A DNA stretch of 64,000 nt. It comes from the human T2T-CHM13v2.0 reference genome, Homo sapiens. Positions 13,936-27,065 of this stretch are shown here, in pieces. The notes under the pieces were generated by a model. The model worked only from the letters and a program-made list of their open reading frames with translations. It did no database searches and was not told where the DNA came from. Position 1 is the first letter of the stretch. Each line of letters opens with the position of its first letter. The position numbers and the translations under genes are program-made. Location: NCBI RefSeq assembly GCF_009914755.1, contig NC_060928.1. One strand, written 5' to 3'.

Positions 13936-13939
<4 letters not shown>

Positions 13940-13974
<35 letters not shown>
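13940..13974. repeat. (CT)n microsatellite
   Basis: About 17 uninterrupted CT units. Confidence 0.95.
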
Positions 13975-13978
<4 letters not shown>

Positions 13979-14412
13979 AAAAACTGATTGTCTGTTGTCT
14001 GTTTTTCCAGTAGCAGCATATCCTTACGGCATTTTTCCAGCCATAATAACAGTTTACAAGATGCTTTATTCAGAAGAACATAAATGAAATACATTCAGTT
14101 CCATCTTCCTTCTTTTATGTGTGCTACTGGATTTCTGCATTCCAGTTGGAACCACAGTAGCAAATGTGCTGAAAAATCAGTTTAAAAATCATTTTTTTCT
14201 CAATTGCCATTAATTTAGAAAATTCTGCTGCTAATTTTGGAAAATTGTAATTTAAATATTCAAGAAACCTGTAAAAGTGTTTTCTATTATACCTTATCAT
14301 ACATTATCATACGTTTGATCTACTTCACATTTCATTGACTGAAAAGGAATGATCTGTTATTCTTTATGTTGGTATTGTCTATTTGAGATACTTACCCTTA
14401 GTAAAAATGTAG

Positions 14413-14582
14413 CAAGAATGGCTAATTTGTGGGACCCAGAGCTAAATAAAAATAGGAGCCTCTTATTCAAAAGTTATTAAGAATTTCAAGACAGTTATAA
14501 CAGAGCATTAAACCAAGCACTAGAGCTGAGTGCAGAGTCTTGTGTAGCAGCTCAGGTCAGACGCCTGTGGAAAGTGGCCCTG
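14413..14582. mobile_element. MER45A-like hAT-Tip100 DNA transposon
   Basis: ttattaagaatttcaagacag...acagagcattaaaccaagc...gtggccctg. Confidence 0.85.
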
Positions 14583-15151
14583 ATGGGAGCATATTTCAGC
14601 TCCTTCTAAATCCTACACTCTGTAACCACATTTCCTGCCACTAATCTATCTAGGGATGCGCAAACCTCAAAAGGTGGGGATTTTTTATTTCTATTTCCAG
14701 GTATCAAGTAGATATGGGTTTTCACAAATGACTTTGGCTAGAAAACAAAGTTGTTTTTTTTTTAATGTTTCTTGAGCTTTGGGATTTCAGCCAGGTTGGT
14801 AAAAATCTCAGTAAGATTTTTCTAAGATAGAAGAATCCCAGTGCCCCATGTGAACATATTGGTGATGGGGGTCTGGGAGGGTAAAGCTCTCAGAGTTGGG
14901 ATTTGCTCAGTTGGACTGCTTCCCTTATCTTTAAGTTCCATTAATTGATTTTGGTGAAGTGCAAATTTTTTGCTGAAGAGAGATAAATAGGATCCACACA
15001 ATAATAGCATCAACTTTAACCAACAAGCCATGCAGTCATTGATTTAGTTAGTCTGGTAGTCATCAGTCAGCATTTTATTCCCTATGGGCAGCGCCTCCAT
15101 GAAGAAGGTGGTCCAGAAAAGCAAAGAAGGGAAGAGAGTCCACAAGGCAAA

Positions 15152-15167
15152 TGCTGCCATCTAGAGA
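15152..15167 (-). promoter_or_regulatory. Candidate CTCF motif
   Basis: Minus strand reads TCTCTAGATGGCAGCA versus core CCNCNAGRKGGCRS; one mismatch at the first C. Motif match only. Confidence 0.4.
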
Positions 15168-15959
15168 GGCAGAGAGGAGAACATGCTGACAGTGGTAATT
15201 TTCCAAATAAAATTAGAACAAAAATAAAAACCCTTGTCAGGCAGTGAGTGTGAAAATTTCCCAAGAAGAGATCATCCCTTTGAAGAAATCAGCATTTCAT
15301 TAAAAGGTGCCATTTGGAATCCATCTAATTTGAGATGAAAGATTATTCTGCTAATAATTCCACATCAGGGAACCTACCAAGAGATTTTTTGTTGTTGTTT
15401 AAGCAGGGACTTTTAAAGGTGATTTTCCTAAGGCTGAGTAAAATAACTGCATGACAGCTAATTGTTTGACCTGTCTAAAAAAGAAATGAGTGTGTAACTG
15501 TGTTTCTGTTTTACCTTGTTTAAACAAACAAAAAATAGCACAAGGAAGTTGAATTATCTGAAGTATACTGGTCAGTTTACCTCTTTTTTCATGATACCGT
15601 GCAAAGACATCCTGCTTGCTCTCTAAGAGGCTTTAAACAAGTAGGAATTGCAAAAATCAAGCAGAGGCACAACACAAACAGACGGCTAAAAAATACCTGA
15701 AAAATCAAGGGGAAAGACAGGGATCTAGCTTGTCTCCACATATTACATGTGCAGAAATTTAAACAACTCAATAAACAGCACATACTGAGATGGTAATGCC
15801 CTAATTTTTTCAGTTAGAAATGCCCAAAACATTTATAGTGACTCTTACTGGGGAATACATTGCCTAGATTACTGGACAATTGAATTCCCACTTAGGAAAT
15901 ATCCTAAATCATTTTACAATCAAAGCAGTATGAATGGAAGTAAGCTGTATAGTGTTGGG

Positions 15960-16265
15960 GTGTTTTTTTGTTTTGTTTTGAGACAGAGTCTCGCTCTGCT
16001 GTCCAGGCTGGAGTGCAGTGACGCCATTTTGGCTCACTGCAACCTCTGCCTCCCGGGTTCAGGTGATTCTTCTGCCTCAGCCTCCTGAGTAGCTGGGATT
16101 ACAGGCGCCCGCCACTACGCCTGGCTACTTTTTGTATTTTTAGTGAAAATGGGGTTTCACCATGTTGGCCAGGCTGGTCAAGAACTCCTGACTTCAAGTG
16201 ATCTGCCTGCCTCGGCTTCCCAAAGTACTGGAATTACAGCACTTTGTGAGCCACCGCACCTGGCC
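15960..16265 (-). mobile_element. AluS (Sx-like)
   Basis: Full dimer in reverse orientation; degenerate long TSD aatggaagtaagctgtatagt / aattgaagtaaactatacagt. Confidence 0.95.
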
Positions 16266-16549
16266 AATTGAAGTAAACTATACAGTTGTTTTTTTTTGTT
16301 TTTTTGGGTTTTTCTGGCTATTCAGAATTTGTCTATGTGAAAAGTTTTGAAATTTAATATTGTACTGTAAATTTCAAATTTTTATGAGCTATATACTTAT
16401 CGCAAATATATTTTGATAGTATGTGTAAATATATGTAAACACAAGTATATTATGCTTATGTTCATAATTTTAAATTATTTAAAAATGTACAAATTGAGAT
16501 CTGCCATTTAAATTTGTTTAAATAGAAGGGCTAATGTCTCTGCTTATCT

Positions 16550-16835
16550 AGTAATAAGAATAGCTATAATTATTTGAGTAATATTATAAGCATTATTCAT
16601 TAATTTAGCAAATACTTATTAAGCACCTACTATACCTCAGGCACTATTATATGTGCTGGAGATGCAGTAGCGAACAAATATAGATGCATAGCTCAGTGTA
16701 AGCCTCATAATATCCCATAAGCCGTAAATGCTTCCCAATTTAGGGCAATTTGCCCAAAATCTTACTGCTTACTAGTGAGGGAGCAGATTTTGAATACAGT
16801 TTCTGCTTATTTATAAATCATATTTTTTATGCCAC
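16550..16835 (-). mobile_element. MIR fragments interrupted by an L2 3' end
   Basis: L2 tail attcattaatttagcaaatacttattaagcacctactat at ~16594-16690; MIR-like aatttgcccaaaatc...ctagtgagggagcagattttgaa. Confidence 0.6.
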
Positions 16836-16908
16836 ATTGTGTTGCCTCCCATATAGTAACGCCCTTTCTGCTCTGATGGAAGTTTTAAGAAATAAGTTTT
16901 TATTTTCA

Positions 16909-17343
<435 letters not shown>

Positions 17344-17996
17344 ACACACACACACACAATGAGAAACCACTTCACACCCAAAATCAAAAGTGTTGGTGAG
17401 GAAGTGGAGAAATTGGAACCCTCGTGCATTACTGGTGAATTGCGGAATTTAAAATAGTGAAGCTGCTGTGGAAAACAGTTTAGTGATTCTTCAAAAAGTC
17501 AAATATAGAATTACCAAAAAAAAAGAAAAAAAAAAGATTTAGCAATTCCACTCCTAGGAATATACCCAAAAGAACTGAAAGCAAGGACTCATACAGAAAC
17601 TTTTACACCAATGTTCATAGCAGCATGATTCACAATAGCCTAAGGTGAAAACAAACCAAATGTCCATCAACAGATGTGTGCATAAACTAAGTGTGGCATA
17701 AACATACAATAAAATATTATCAGCCTTAAAAAAATGAAATCTGACACATGCTATGATACAGATGAACCTTAGAAACATTATGCAAGTGAAATAAGCACAC
17801 ACAAAAGGGCAAATATTGTGATTCTACTTAATGAGGTACCGAGAATAAATAAACTCATAGACACAGAGAGTAGGATAAAGGTTACTGAGGTCTGTGGGAA
17901 AGAAAGTGAGGGTCATTGTTTAATGGGTACAGAGTTTCTTTTTGAGGTAACCACTAAGTTTTAGAAATAGAGGTGATGGTAACAACCATGTAAATA

Positions 17997-18623
17997 CTCT
18001 AGTTCCCATCTATCTTCAGCTTTGCCTTCTGCAGTTTTAATTGCCCATGGTTTCAATTACCTGTCAACATCAGTCCAAAAATACTAAATGAGAAATTCCA
18101 GAAACAAACAATGCCTAAGTTTTAAATTGCGCACCGTTCTGAGTGACCTAATGAAGCTTGTGTCTTCCCACTCCGTCGTGCCTGGGATATGAATCATCCC
18201 TTTTTCCAGTATATCCAGGCTATAGATGCTACCTGTCCATGAGTCATTTAGCAGTTATCTAGGTTATCAGATCCACTGTCACAGTATGGCAGTGCTTATG
18301 TTCAAGCAACCCTTATTTTACTTAATAACGTCCCCAAAGCACAATAGTAGTGATGTTGGAAATTCAGATGTGCCAAAGAAAAGCTATGAAGCACTCCCTT
18401 TAAGTGAAAAGGTGAAAGTTCTTGACTTAATAAGAAAAAAAAAATCCTACGCTAATGTTGCTAAGATCTATGGTAAGAATGAATCTTCTATCTATGAAAT
18501 TGTGAGGAAGGAAAAATAAATTCGTGCATACCATACAGTATCTAGGGTTTGGTGCTATCTGAAGTTTCTGGCTTACACTGAGGTTCTTGGAACGTATCCC
18601 CTAAGGATAAGGGGAAACTACTG
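17997..18623 (+). mobile_element. MER44 (TcMar-Tigger, Tigger7-derived) with remnant of the transposase N-terminal HTH
   Basis: TA target duplication at 17995-96 and 18624-25; terminus ggataaggggaaactactg; ORF 18226..18519 ends PLSEKVKVLDLIRKKKSYANVAKIYGKNESSIYEIVRKEK (CENP-B/pogo-type HTH). Confidence 0.92.
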
Positions 18624-19844
18624 TATACTTAATGCCACTAAATTGTAAATTTTATGTTATTATACATATTTCACCACACACACATGCAAAATCTTTCAAA
18701 AGTAGTAATGAAGATCTATGAGTCCCAAGAACATTGGAAACAAGTGTGGGTAGGTTAGCCATGAGAAAAGGTGGGTGAAGGTAAAACAGTGTCTCTTTAG
18801 GACTATTTTAAACAAATGAGCAAATAAATAGTTTACCTACTTCATAATTTGAATAAAGTGTACCTCTAAACATGTAGTATAGAGAGTACATTCCTTATCC
18901 CTACTATAATTTATTATCCATATATATCAGAAAAAATACGCATCCACGTTTGGCAGCAAAAGGCAGATAGCATGAAACAGAATGCATTTGGGATGATGGT
19001 TTATATTAGGAAATTATACTTTGAGTTATTTATTGGAAGAATGTAACACTAGTTAGCTTTCTTTAAAAATCACCATGGAAAAATCTAAAACTGATTGAGC
19101 ACATTAATCAGAAATGCTGTATTTATAATGAGCTCATCTTGGGAATTTGACACCAAGATCCATATATATGAAGCAATTTCTTCTGAAAACAATTTTGTAT
19201 TAGAGGAAGTTTAACAATTTGAGGTGAACTATATTAGTATTCCTACAAAGGTAACTATAAAAATGCAAAATATTGTGAAGTATCCATGTCAGAGAATTCA
19301 AAAATCATACATCCATATGGTACTCAATAAAAAGCAATTAAATCAACCTCTTATTATCTGGCACTTAATTGACCACCATGGCTGCCTACTGTTGACATCA
19401 ATTTGGTTTTATATTAACCCAAGGAAGACTGACATTAACTTCATGTTAATATCCCTTATGGAAAACTCACTAGATTTAAATTTGCTAAATTTATAGATTC
19501 TTGTGCAACATCCCTTTCTTTTTTCTGTTTACTATTTCTACCTATATTGATTTAGGTCCAGAATCTGAAAGCCTAAAATAAATTATGCCAGAAGAAAATG
19601 AACCTGATTCATTTTAATTGAAAAGGACTCAATTGTGTTTACACAGCTTTAAAATTCACCAGGATTAATATTATATAATGTGTAATTATTTTTAATGTAA
19701 GTCCACAGGGCCAAAGAAAATTATGGAAGCTGATAGATTTTACTGAACCCAACATATAAATATGAAGCATCTATTATTTATGGGAGTGTCTATCCTAATC
19801 TTTAATTCATACTTAAAACAACTCTAATGTAGAATGGCTAAATA

Positions 19845-19930
19845 ATTAAGAAGTACTGAAATAGTTAAGAAGTACTATTATATATAAGAAGTACTTATAT
19901 ATAATATAAGAAGTATATTATATATATAAA
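19845..19930. repeat. Degenerate AT-rich tandem repeat (taagaagta x4)
   Basis: Four taagaagta units separated by short AT-rich spacers. Confidence 0.8.
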
Positions 19931-22282
19931 AAATAAGCTGTGAAGTTGGATTCTAATTCTCTAATAAATCTTGATATTCTGGAGAAAAAAATATTTCATC
20001 ACTGGAAGGCTATAGTTATTAAAATTGTATCAATGGCATTTAGATAGAAATTTAACACTTGTTGCTTCTAGGTAGCACTATAATAGCAAATTTTTATTGA
20101 GGAAAAAGATTAATGAAATTTCAAAATCAAGGCATCTTTCTTTGTTCAGATAGCCAAAGCACACAAGAACAATTTTTGGCAATTGTTCATGTAGGTTAAG
20201 GTCTTTTTCCCTGTAATACTCTTTGCAATTACTCAGGCACTTTAGACAAAAGCCAGTTTTATGGTAAATAACAATAAACAGATGAAGTTCTTATTTGGTC
20301 TGTAAAATATCTGTGGTTAGTATGAGAATAAAATCTTAAGAACAAATCTAAGTTATAAGACATTCGGTTTTGGTATTAGTAAAGATTGTATGCCCTCCAC
20401 ATAGTTTATGATGTTTAGCATAAGCCAAATATAATTTAAAACTTCAATAGCTTTTCTATCCAAATAATATGTTTCACTTAAATCTTACTAATTAAAATGA
20501 AAAATATTGGGAGGATTTTAGAGTGAGATTTTAAAGAAAATTAGCAAAGGATATACTATCATAAATAGGATGATTTGACCTTTTACAAAGCAAAGTAAAT
20601 TCATCCTTACTCAGGGCTGTTTCATGATGTTATGACCAATGTTTGGTTTTGCTTGTTTCTGTGCCATGTGAGTTTAATGTTTGTTTTCTATCTATCATGA
20701 TTTTCCTCTCCTCCCCATGATAAACTCTGCCTTCTACTAATAGTATCAGTTACAAAAAATTAACCAAGCTAACTTTTATGGCTTGTTTTCTCAGACTACA
20801 AACATGATGAGATGAGATGCACCCCTGACCCCCTAACCTATCAAGTCATGCAGTGATTGGATTCCATGGAAAGGTCTGTTGTCCAGGCATTGTTAAAAAC
20901 TAAATGAAGAACTATCTTTAACCTACTATGACAGGACAGTGAGTTACTCTATTGCTTAGAATCTGGGCTAACATTTAGTGTTTGTTTCTTTGTAAAGATG
21001 ATTTTTGTAGTTATCTAAAATGAAAGACTTATTTTATAAGTTTGTATAAGGTTATATTTTCTTTTTATTTTTGGTACTTTTTTTCCCCAAAGCTCCTTTT
21101 AAAGAAAAAGTAAATGAGCCTTTCTATATTCAAATAAAAAAAGTCTTAGACATCTGGGTTGGGAGTTTATGAGGAGAGAAGGAAGAAAGCAGATAAAATA
21201 TCCCAACTCCAAAAATCATCTAAGCTGAAATAGAAAGTAGCAGCAGGAAATTAATACCACGTTGTAAAAGAAAGAATGCTAATATAATGAAGCAAATGTC
21301 GAGCCAGATGCTACATATGAATGAGCCACTCTAGGACATGCTGGCCACTTTTATAATATCCAAGTGGCCAACCAGAGTTGATGCCCTTCCCAAAGTTCCA
21401 GCCTGGAACTCATAGTCGCTGACTTATTCATAGGATTTGGCTACGAAATTTTTAGATTTGCAAAAAAATCACCATATTTCTGTTTTGTATTGGTGGAAAG
21501 TGATGAAATTGTTTTCCAATCAATACATTTTCCATGAAAAGCTGAGTTTTGTCATTTTTATGTTACTACCTTTGCTCATGTACAAAAAATACTCTTCTAC
21601 AGCCCACAAAAATATATAATGTTATTTCAATATGCTTTCAAGTCAAAAACTTAGTTATAACATTTGGAAAAATGAATAATGTTAACATTTATCTGTTTAA
21701 CCATCCAGACACAGTACTAACTGAAAAAAAAATATCAAAATTCACCTTAGATACCTGCTAATCAGCTAATTTTCCATAGTCATAATTGCCTCCTCAGAAT
21801 ATCTGGTAAATATACTCTAACTTTGGAAGCAAAGTTAAAACAGGATATCATAAAAAGAGGATAACAAAAGAGAAGCTAAATAGTTTTTTAGGAAACTTCA
21901 TTGTTGGAATGGAACGTGATAATGTGGATTTAAAATGCTTCATAGGAAGTTTGCCAGTCCAACTAGACTGAAAAGTAACCTGGTAATTTCAACAACGTTG
22001 TTAAATCATTAGCAAATTCTTTTGGGGAACTTTGTGATATGAACTATAAGAGAAGCCTGATAAGAATTCACTGGCATGCAAAGCATATGTATACTTGTAT
22101 GCCATCAACCCAAGCTTATTAAGATCTACCATCAAATGTTTTCAAATATGCTACACAAACCCCTTGAGGGCTGAGACTAAGGCCAGATGTGGTATTTTAT
22201 CTGCATTCTACCCCTTCTCTGCCCTCTTGCTGACATTTCACTGAGTACAGTACACAGTTGAGCACACAGTAAGTACCAAATA

Positions 22283-22359
22283 ATTGTTGACAAGCAGACA
22301 GCATACATAATATGTATCTGCTATTGTTGACTAGCAGACAGCAAACATAATATGGTATC
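22283..22359. repeat. 40-bp-period tandem duplication at an L2-like 3' tail
   Basis: attgttgac(a/t)agcagacagca(t/a)acataatatg(g)tatc at 22283 and 22323. Confidence 0.9.
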
Positions 22360-23839
22360 ATGAAATGCAGATATCTTAAGTATTAAAAATGTACATCAAA
22401 TGAAGATAAAAGAGGACAAGGCAAGAAAATAAAAGAAATTTTATTTCCTCACAATTTTTCTGGTATGGATTGTGCAAAACTATTTCAGGCAGAATATATA
22501 TAGAACACAACTTTTCTAAGCATGGAAATGACAGAGACTTTCACATTTATCAAAGTACTAAGGATAGATTACCAAAGAAAACTGATCTCTTTTTTTCACC
22601 ACCTCATCAAATATAGCACTTAAAATTACATAGAAAAGCACTGTGGTAGTACGTTCCTCCAAAATGTTGCCAGTTAGAAAATGCATTTTATCATTGGATG
22701 GACCTTCATTTCCCCAGCCTTCCTACATCACTAAAAAATATTTGTGTAGTTTTATGCATCTTTCCAGAGAGCAATGAATAGGTTAGATCAGCAACTGACT
22801 TTATCCACTGACATACAGACTGACTGATGGAAACTTCTAACAGGCTTAAGACTTTAAGCCTTGGTACAAGGGTTTACATCAGACCCTTCACAGAAGAGGA
22901 AAGCCATTTAATCCTAGAAACTTGCTAAACTTCCTACAAGACAAACCAGAGATTTTGTGTATTCTATTAATTCAAAAAAAAAACAGTGAAAATAAGACTT
23001 TTATATCTCTGCGCATTCACATTTCTTTATTCCTGTATAATTGTGTATTGGGAAAAACAAGTTCTTATGATTAGTGGCAAGTGGCACCCCAATTTTTCTC
23101 TGTACCGTGTGTCATCCCTCTTTTCCTATTAAGCGCTACTGCTTGCTTGGGTTCCTGACAATAATTGCTACCACTTCATTCTGAAATGATGTGCAGGTTA
23201 AAAAAAATATAGGAGAGAGAGAGAATGCCAAAGCACACTATGCTTATCCTCCCAAAAGCAAATTCAAAGGTTTCATAATTTAAATAGAAAGTGACTGGAA
23301 TTCACATTTGCCCGCGTGCTTTTTATTAAATTATTGAAAGCTTTTTTTAACTCTGCATTTTAAAATTCTCAACTCCAATGTATATTTTCTATGATTTTGT
23401 ACTGAATGAGAAAAACCTCCCAAAAGATTGCATACCAAAGAGCAGAGCCGCCTGTTCTGAGATTGATGTATGTTTATGAGGAAATCCAGCATGCAATTTT
23501 CAAAACCTGCAGGTTCATTGTAAGTTAAACCATGTGGCCTCCATTCGAATCATTCCTTCCTTTCAAAATCACTCATCAGAGCTCCCAATTGCCCTCTTCT
23601 CTTGAATCGTTCTGCACTGATTTGCTCCCGCCAGACCCCAGCTCTGTGTCTGTGTATCCCATTGCGGAACGTGGAGCTCAGTAACCAGGCATCTTGGTGT
23701 CTCCTTCTGTCACTGAGGCACCACTACAATGCTTTTCAAACATTGTACTTCATTTGTTTGTCTGTTACTCTTTTTCATTTTGGATAAGAAATGTATAAAC
23801 AAAAAAGAAAACTTTCCTCAAAAAATATAGAACATATTT

Positions 23840-23925
23840 TATATGTGCATCAAAATAGCCTGAAAGGGCTTGGTAAAAATACAGATTCCTGGCTTCTTTC
23901 TAGAACTTTTGAATCAGAACATTGT
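23840..23925. mobile_element. MER5-like hAT-Charlie fragment
   Basis: tgtgcatcaaaatagcctgaaagggcttggtaaaaatacagattcctgg...tgaatcagaa. Confidence 0.6.
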
Positions 23926-24439
23926 TGGGTATATATGGGATTTGCATTAAATTTGAGAACTTATAAGGACCCTAATAATCATTTCTATCACTTCTATCTC
24001 ATTACAAGAATAAGGAAAATACTCTTCAAAGGACAAAGTTCTTTCCATAACAAAGCATACGCATTTTGAAAGCATGCCTTGCAGAATAAATTAAGACCAA
24101 AAATATCCAGCATCTAGCAGATGTCAAAATTTTAAGTGCTATGCAATATGTCACCAGTAAATTTTTAAAAGAAAAAAATTTTAATAGAAAATGCAGCTAT
24201 TGCTTTATTACTCGATTTTTAAAGTCACGGAGTGTCGTAGAAAGTCTTAGGGTCATGTGTCATCATTTAAAAATGATGTCAGACCTTAATTCTCAGACAA
24301 AAGAAATAAAATGTAACTTCAAGAATTTGCAAAAAATATTTTTGTGGGTTCATTTTCACTGTGCCTAGGCCTCATTCATCTCGGGATTTGCACAGGAGCC
24401 TGCTGGAGGGTCTCAGAGTTATTAAGTGACAATCTAAAA

Positions 24440-24700
24440 GCCAATTTAGGATTAGCCAGTTTAACCAGGTGAGCAGAGGGTTTCACTTGGGAAAGCAAGC
24501 AGCAGCCCTGCCGGAAGTCAGGATTGGAAGGCTGAAGGGCTTTACTAGCGCCCTGAGAGCCGCGCGTTCCGAATGGGTGCGGATGGGGGACCTGGCTCAT
24601 CAGGGAGGGATTAACGCGGCTCGGGCAATCCTGCGCTAAAGCCCGCTCCCCCCGCCGCCAGCAACGCCGCGGAGCCGCCGCACCAGCAACATAAATATTA
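24440..24700. promoter_or_regulatory. Short orphan CpG-dense patch; candidate enhancer or promoter
   Basis: About 19 CpGs between 24510 and 24682 in non-repeat DNA; CCGGAAGT at 24511-24518; GGATTA at 24449 and 24608; CCAAT at 24441. Confidence 0.65.
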
Positions 24701-25359
24701 GATGAGACTCTCCTGTGTATTAATTAGCACTTTCTAGGTGATCTTGTCATTGAATATTATGAGATAATCACTCCAAAATCATGTTGAAGGAGGGCGCACT
24801 TTCAGGTATCAGGGTTGCTAGGGTGCTCTGCCTTGCGCATTGTTTCTTAATCACCAGAATGTACTTGCTTTGTCCCTCCTGAAACTACAGTGTTTTCCTT
24901 GCAGTTGAAAAAGAGAAGGAAAGCTTATGATAAAATTCTCTGTGTTTTTATGGGAAGTGCTACTTCTCTGCGCTAAAGACTGTATTGTCAATGTGAGCCT
25001 TTCCCTTCAATGATTTGGTGTCACAGGACTGCCTTCAGTGAGGCCGAGTCCCCATTTCCAGAGCATGTTTAAGAGTGTAAGGGTGTGATTCAAAGAAAGG
25101 CATTTGTTCAGGAAATGCAAGTGCAAAGGATTTTCCTTCAAGACACAGAAATGCGATTTTTGAAAGGGTGTGCTGTGCCTATGAAAAGTTGTCTAATTCA
25201 TTGGACATTTCTGTAGATAATATCAATCTCAGAAAAGAGAGACAGACATGAAACAGCAGAAGCAAAGCAAATGGGCAGGAAAGGGAAAGAATTTCTAAAA
25301 GTGGTAGTAAGCAGAACAAACAGCTGTTTGCTACAGGAGCAAGGCTGTGGAATCTAGAG

Positions 25360-25520
25360 TCTCCCTACTCTATAGCGTGGTTCAGGGATCAGCATTGCCA
25401 GTATCAGTTGTGAGACATGCAGAATCTTGGGCCTCACCCTAGACCTGTGGAATCAGAATCCGCACTGGAACTAGAACCCGCTTTGGTTCACATGCGCATT
25501 CAAGTTTGAGATGCTTTGCT
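25360..25520. mobile_element. MER5-family hAT-Charlie MITE
   Basis: atgcagaatcttgggcctcaccctagacc...gaatcagaatccgcact...caagtttgag; tctag on both flanks. Confidence 0.8.
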
Positions 25521-26884
25521 CTAGAAAACTATGGCAGGTAAGCATGACAAGTGGAAATATGGTCCATGAGGTCCAGAACACATTTCAGATTTTATTTTGC
25601 AAATGAAGGAGGATAAAGGAAGATTTTGAGCATGGGAATTATTTTAGAAAAAGTAATAAGACAGTTTGTATTAAAAATTGGAAATATATGTATACCTACA
25701 TGCATATATACATAGATGTATATGAAACTTATAAAAACAAAATCCTTGTGAGTATTTATTTGAGCACCATGTAGGATAAATGACTTAAGGAGTATTTAAA
25801 TGTCATACTTTATCCTGTATTTTCCTTTACACTAATTCCTAAAGAGTATCAGGGCTCCTTGCTCCTAGTTTCAAGGACGCTAAATGGTCCCAGGAGTGTA
25901 ATCGTGAGGCAACATTTTGTCAAATAGCAGTTAACAGAGACTCACTTCCCAGAAGATGAGGTCACAAAGCACACGTCAACCTAGTCATCACCTAAAAGAA
26001 CCTAATGCAGAATTGTAAAAGCATCATGAAAAGCATGAAAATGGAAAGATGGAAAATTTGGAGAGAATTTGCGTGTGCGTGCACTCGAGAGAGAAGTGGG
26101 GTGGATGCAGGGGTCGGGGGAGAGAAGATTTTGACAGAAAAAGAGGACTAGAAAACATACAGGTGTCCTCTAATGTCCACATTCTGCCTCTCCAAATTCA
26201 GGAACTTATGAATTCTGATTGCCAGGTGTACAGGACACTGGCTACGAGAGAGGCAGTGGTGGAGGGAATATAACCAGTCCCATTTACCTAGAAGTCCATT
26301 CATAGAGAATCGACTGAATATCAAGAAAAGAATTTGCCCCGCCATCCTTCCCATTAAGGAATCACAATGATGATTTAGCGTTAGAGCACTGTGTTCCATA
26401 ACTCAAGAGTGTGAGGTTGCGGAGCTCTTAATCTGTAGCTTCTTTTATTCTGTGACTTTAGTCCTTTCCCCATGAGTATATCCTGCCTTGATTGGAGGCA
26501 TGCACAGCAGGGGCTGGGTTGCCTGGTACAATGCAAATCTACTGTGAAATTGTGGATAGAGCTGGTGTGGGAAACCTCCACAGGAGACTGTCATCTCTGA
26601 CAATCATACTTCATTCAGACACTGAGTAAAACAATTTTCCTTCCTCAACTAACATGTCATACTAATTCCCTCAATCTGACTGCCTTATGTGCAAGGCTGG
26701 TACCATCTGTAGACCATAATAGCAGCTAATCTAACTAGAAACACATACCCAGTGACAATTATCTCCCTAAGTCTGCAATCACAGTTCTGTAAGTTTCACT
26801 TTAACAGTCATTCCTGTAGAGGCCTCCTGAAGACATATTTCTTTGGTGGTCATATATATATTGCAAGAAACAGTTTAGAAGGCC

Positions 26885-27062
26885 ACTTATGAAGCTGTGT
26901 CACCTGAGCAAGCAACTTAATACCACTTTAGGCCTCCGTTCCCTCATGTGTAATATGGAGATAAATGGGGTGTGTGTGTGTGTGTGTGTGTGTGTGGTAT
27001 GCACATGTATACACACTACTTGGCACATTTATTTACTGTGCTATGTAAATATTAGTGGTTAT
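26885..27062 (+). mobile_element. MIR containing a (GT)13 microsatellite (~26970-26996)
   Basis: ctgtgtcacctgagcaagcaacttaa...ggcctccgttccctcatgtgtaatatggagataa. Confidence 0.75.
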
Positions 27063-27065
27063 TAG

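Noticed and set aside
13804-14094. ORF with ERERER tract (similarly 43460-43767 and 52165-52350)
   Set aside because: Microsatellite translation; no splice or codon support.
19845-19930. Repeat-spacer pattern resembling a CRISPR array
   Set aside because: 9-bp units with TA-rich low-complexity spacers in a eukaryotic genome; a degenerate microsatellite.
21342-21370. 9-bp inverted repeat tggccactt/aagtggcca
   Set aside because: Too short; expected by chance in 64 kb and has no terminator meaning in human DNA.
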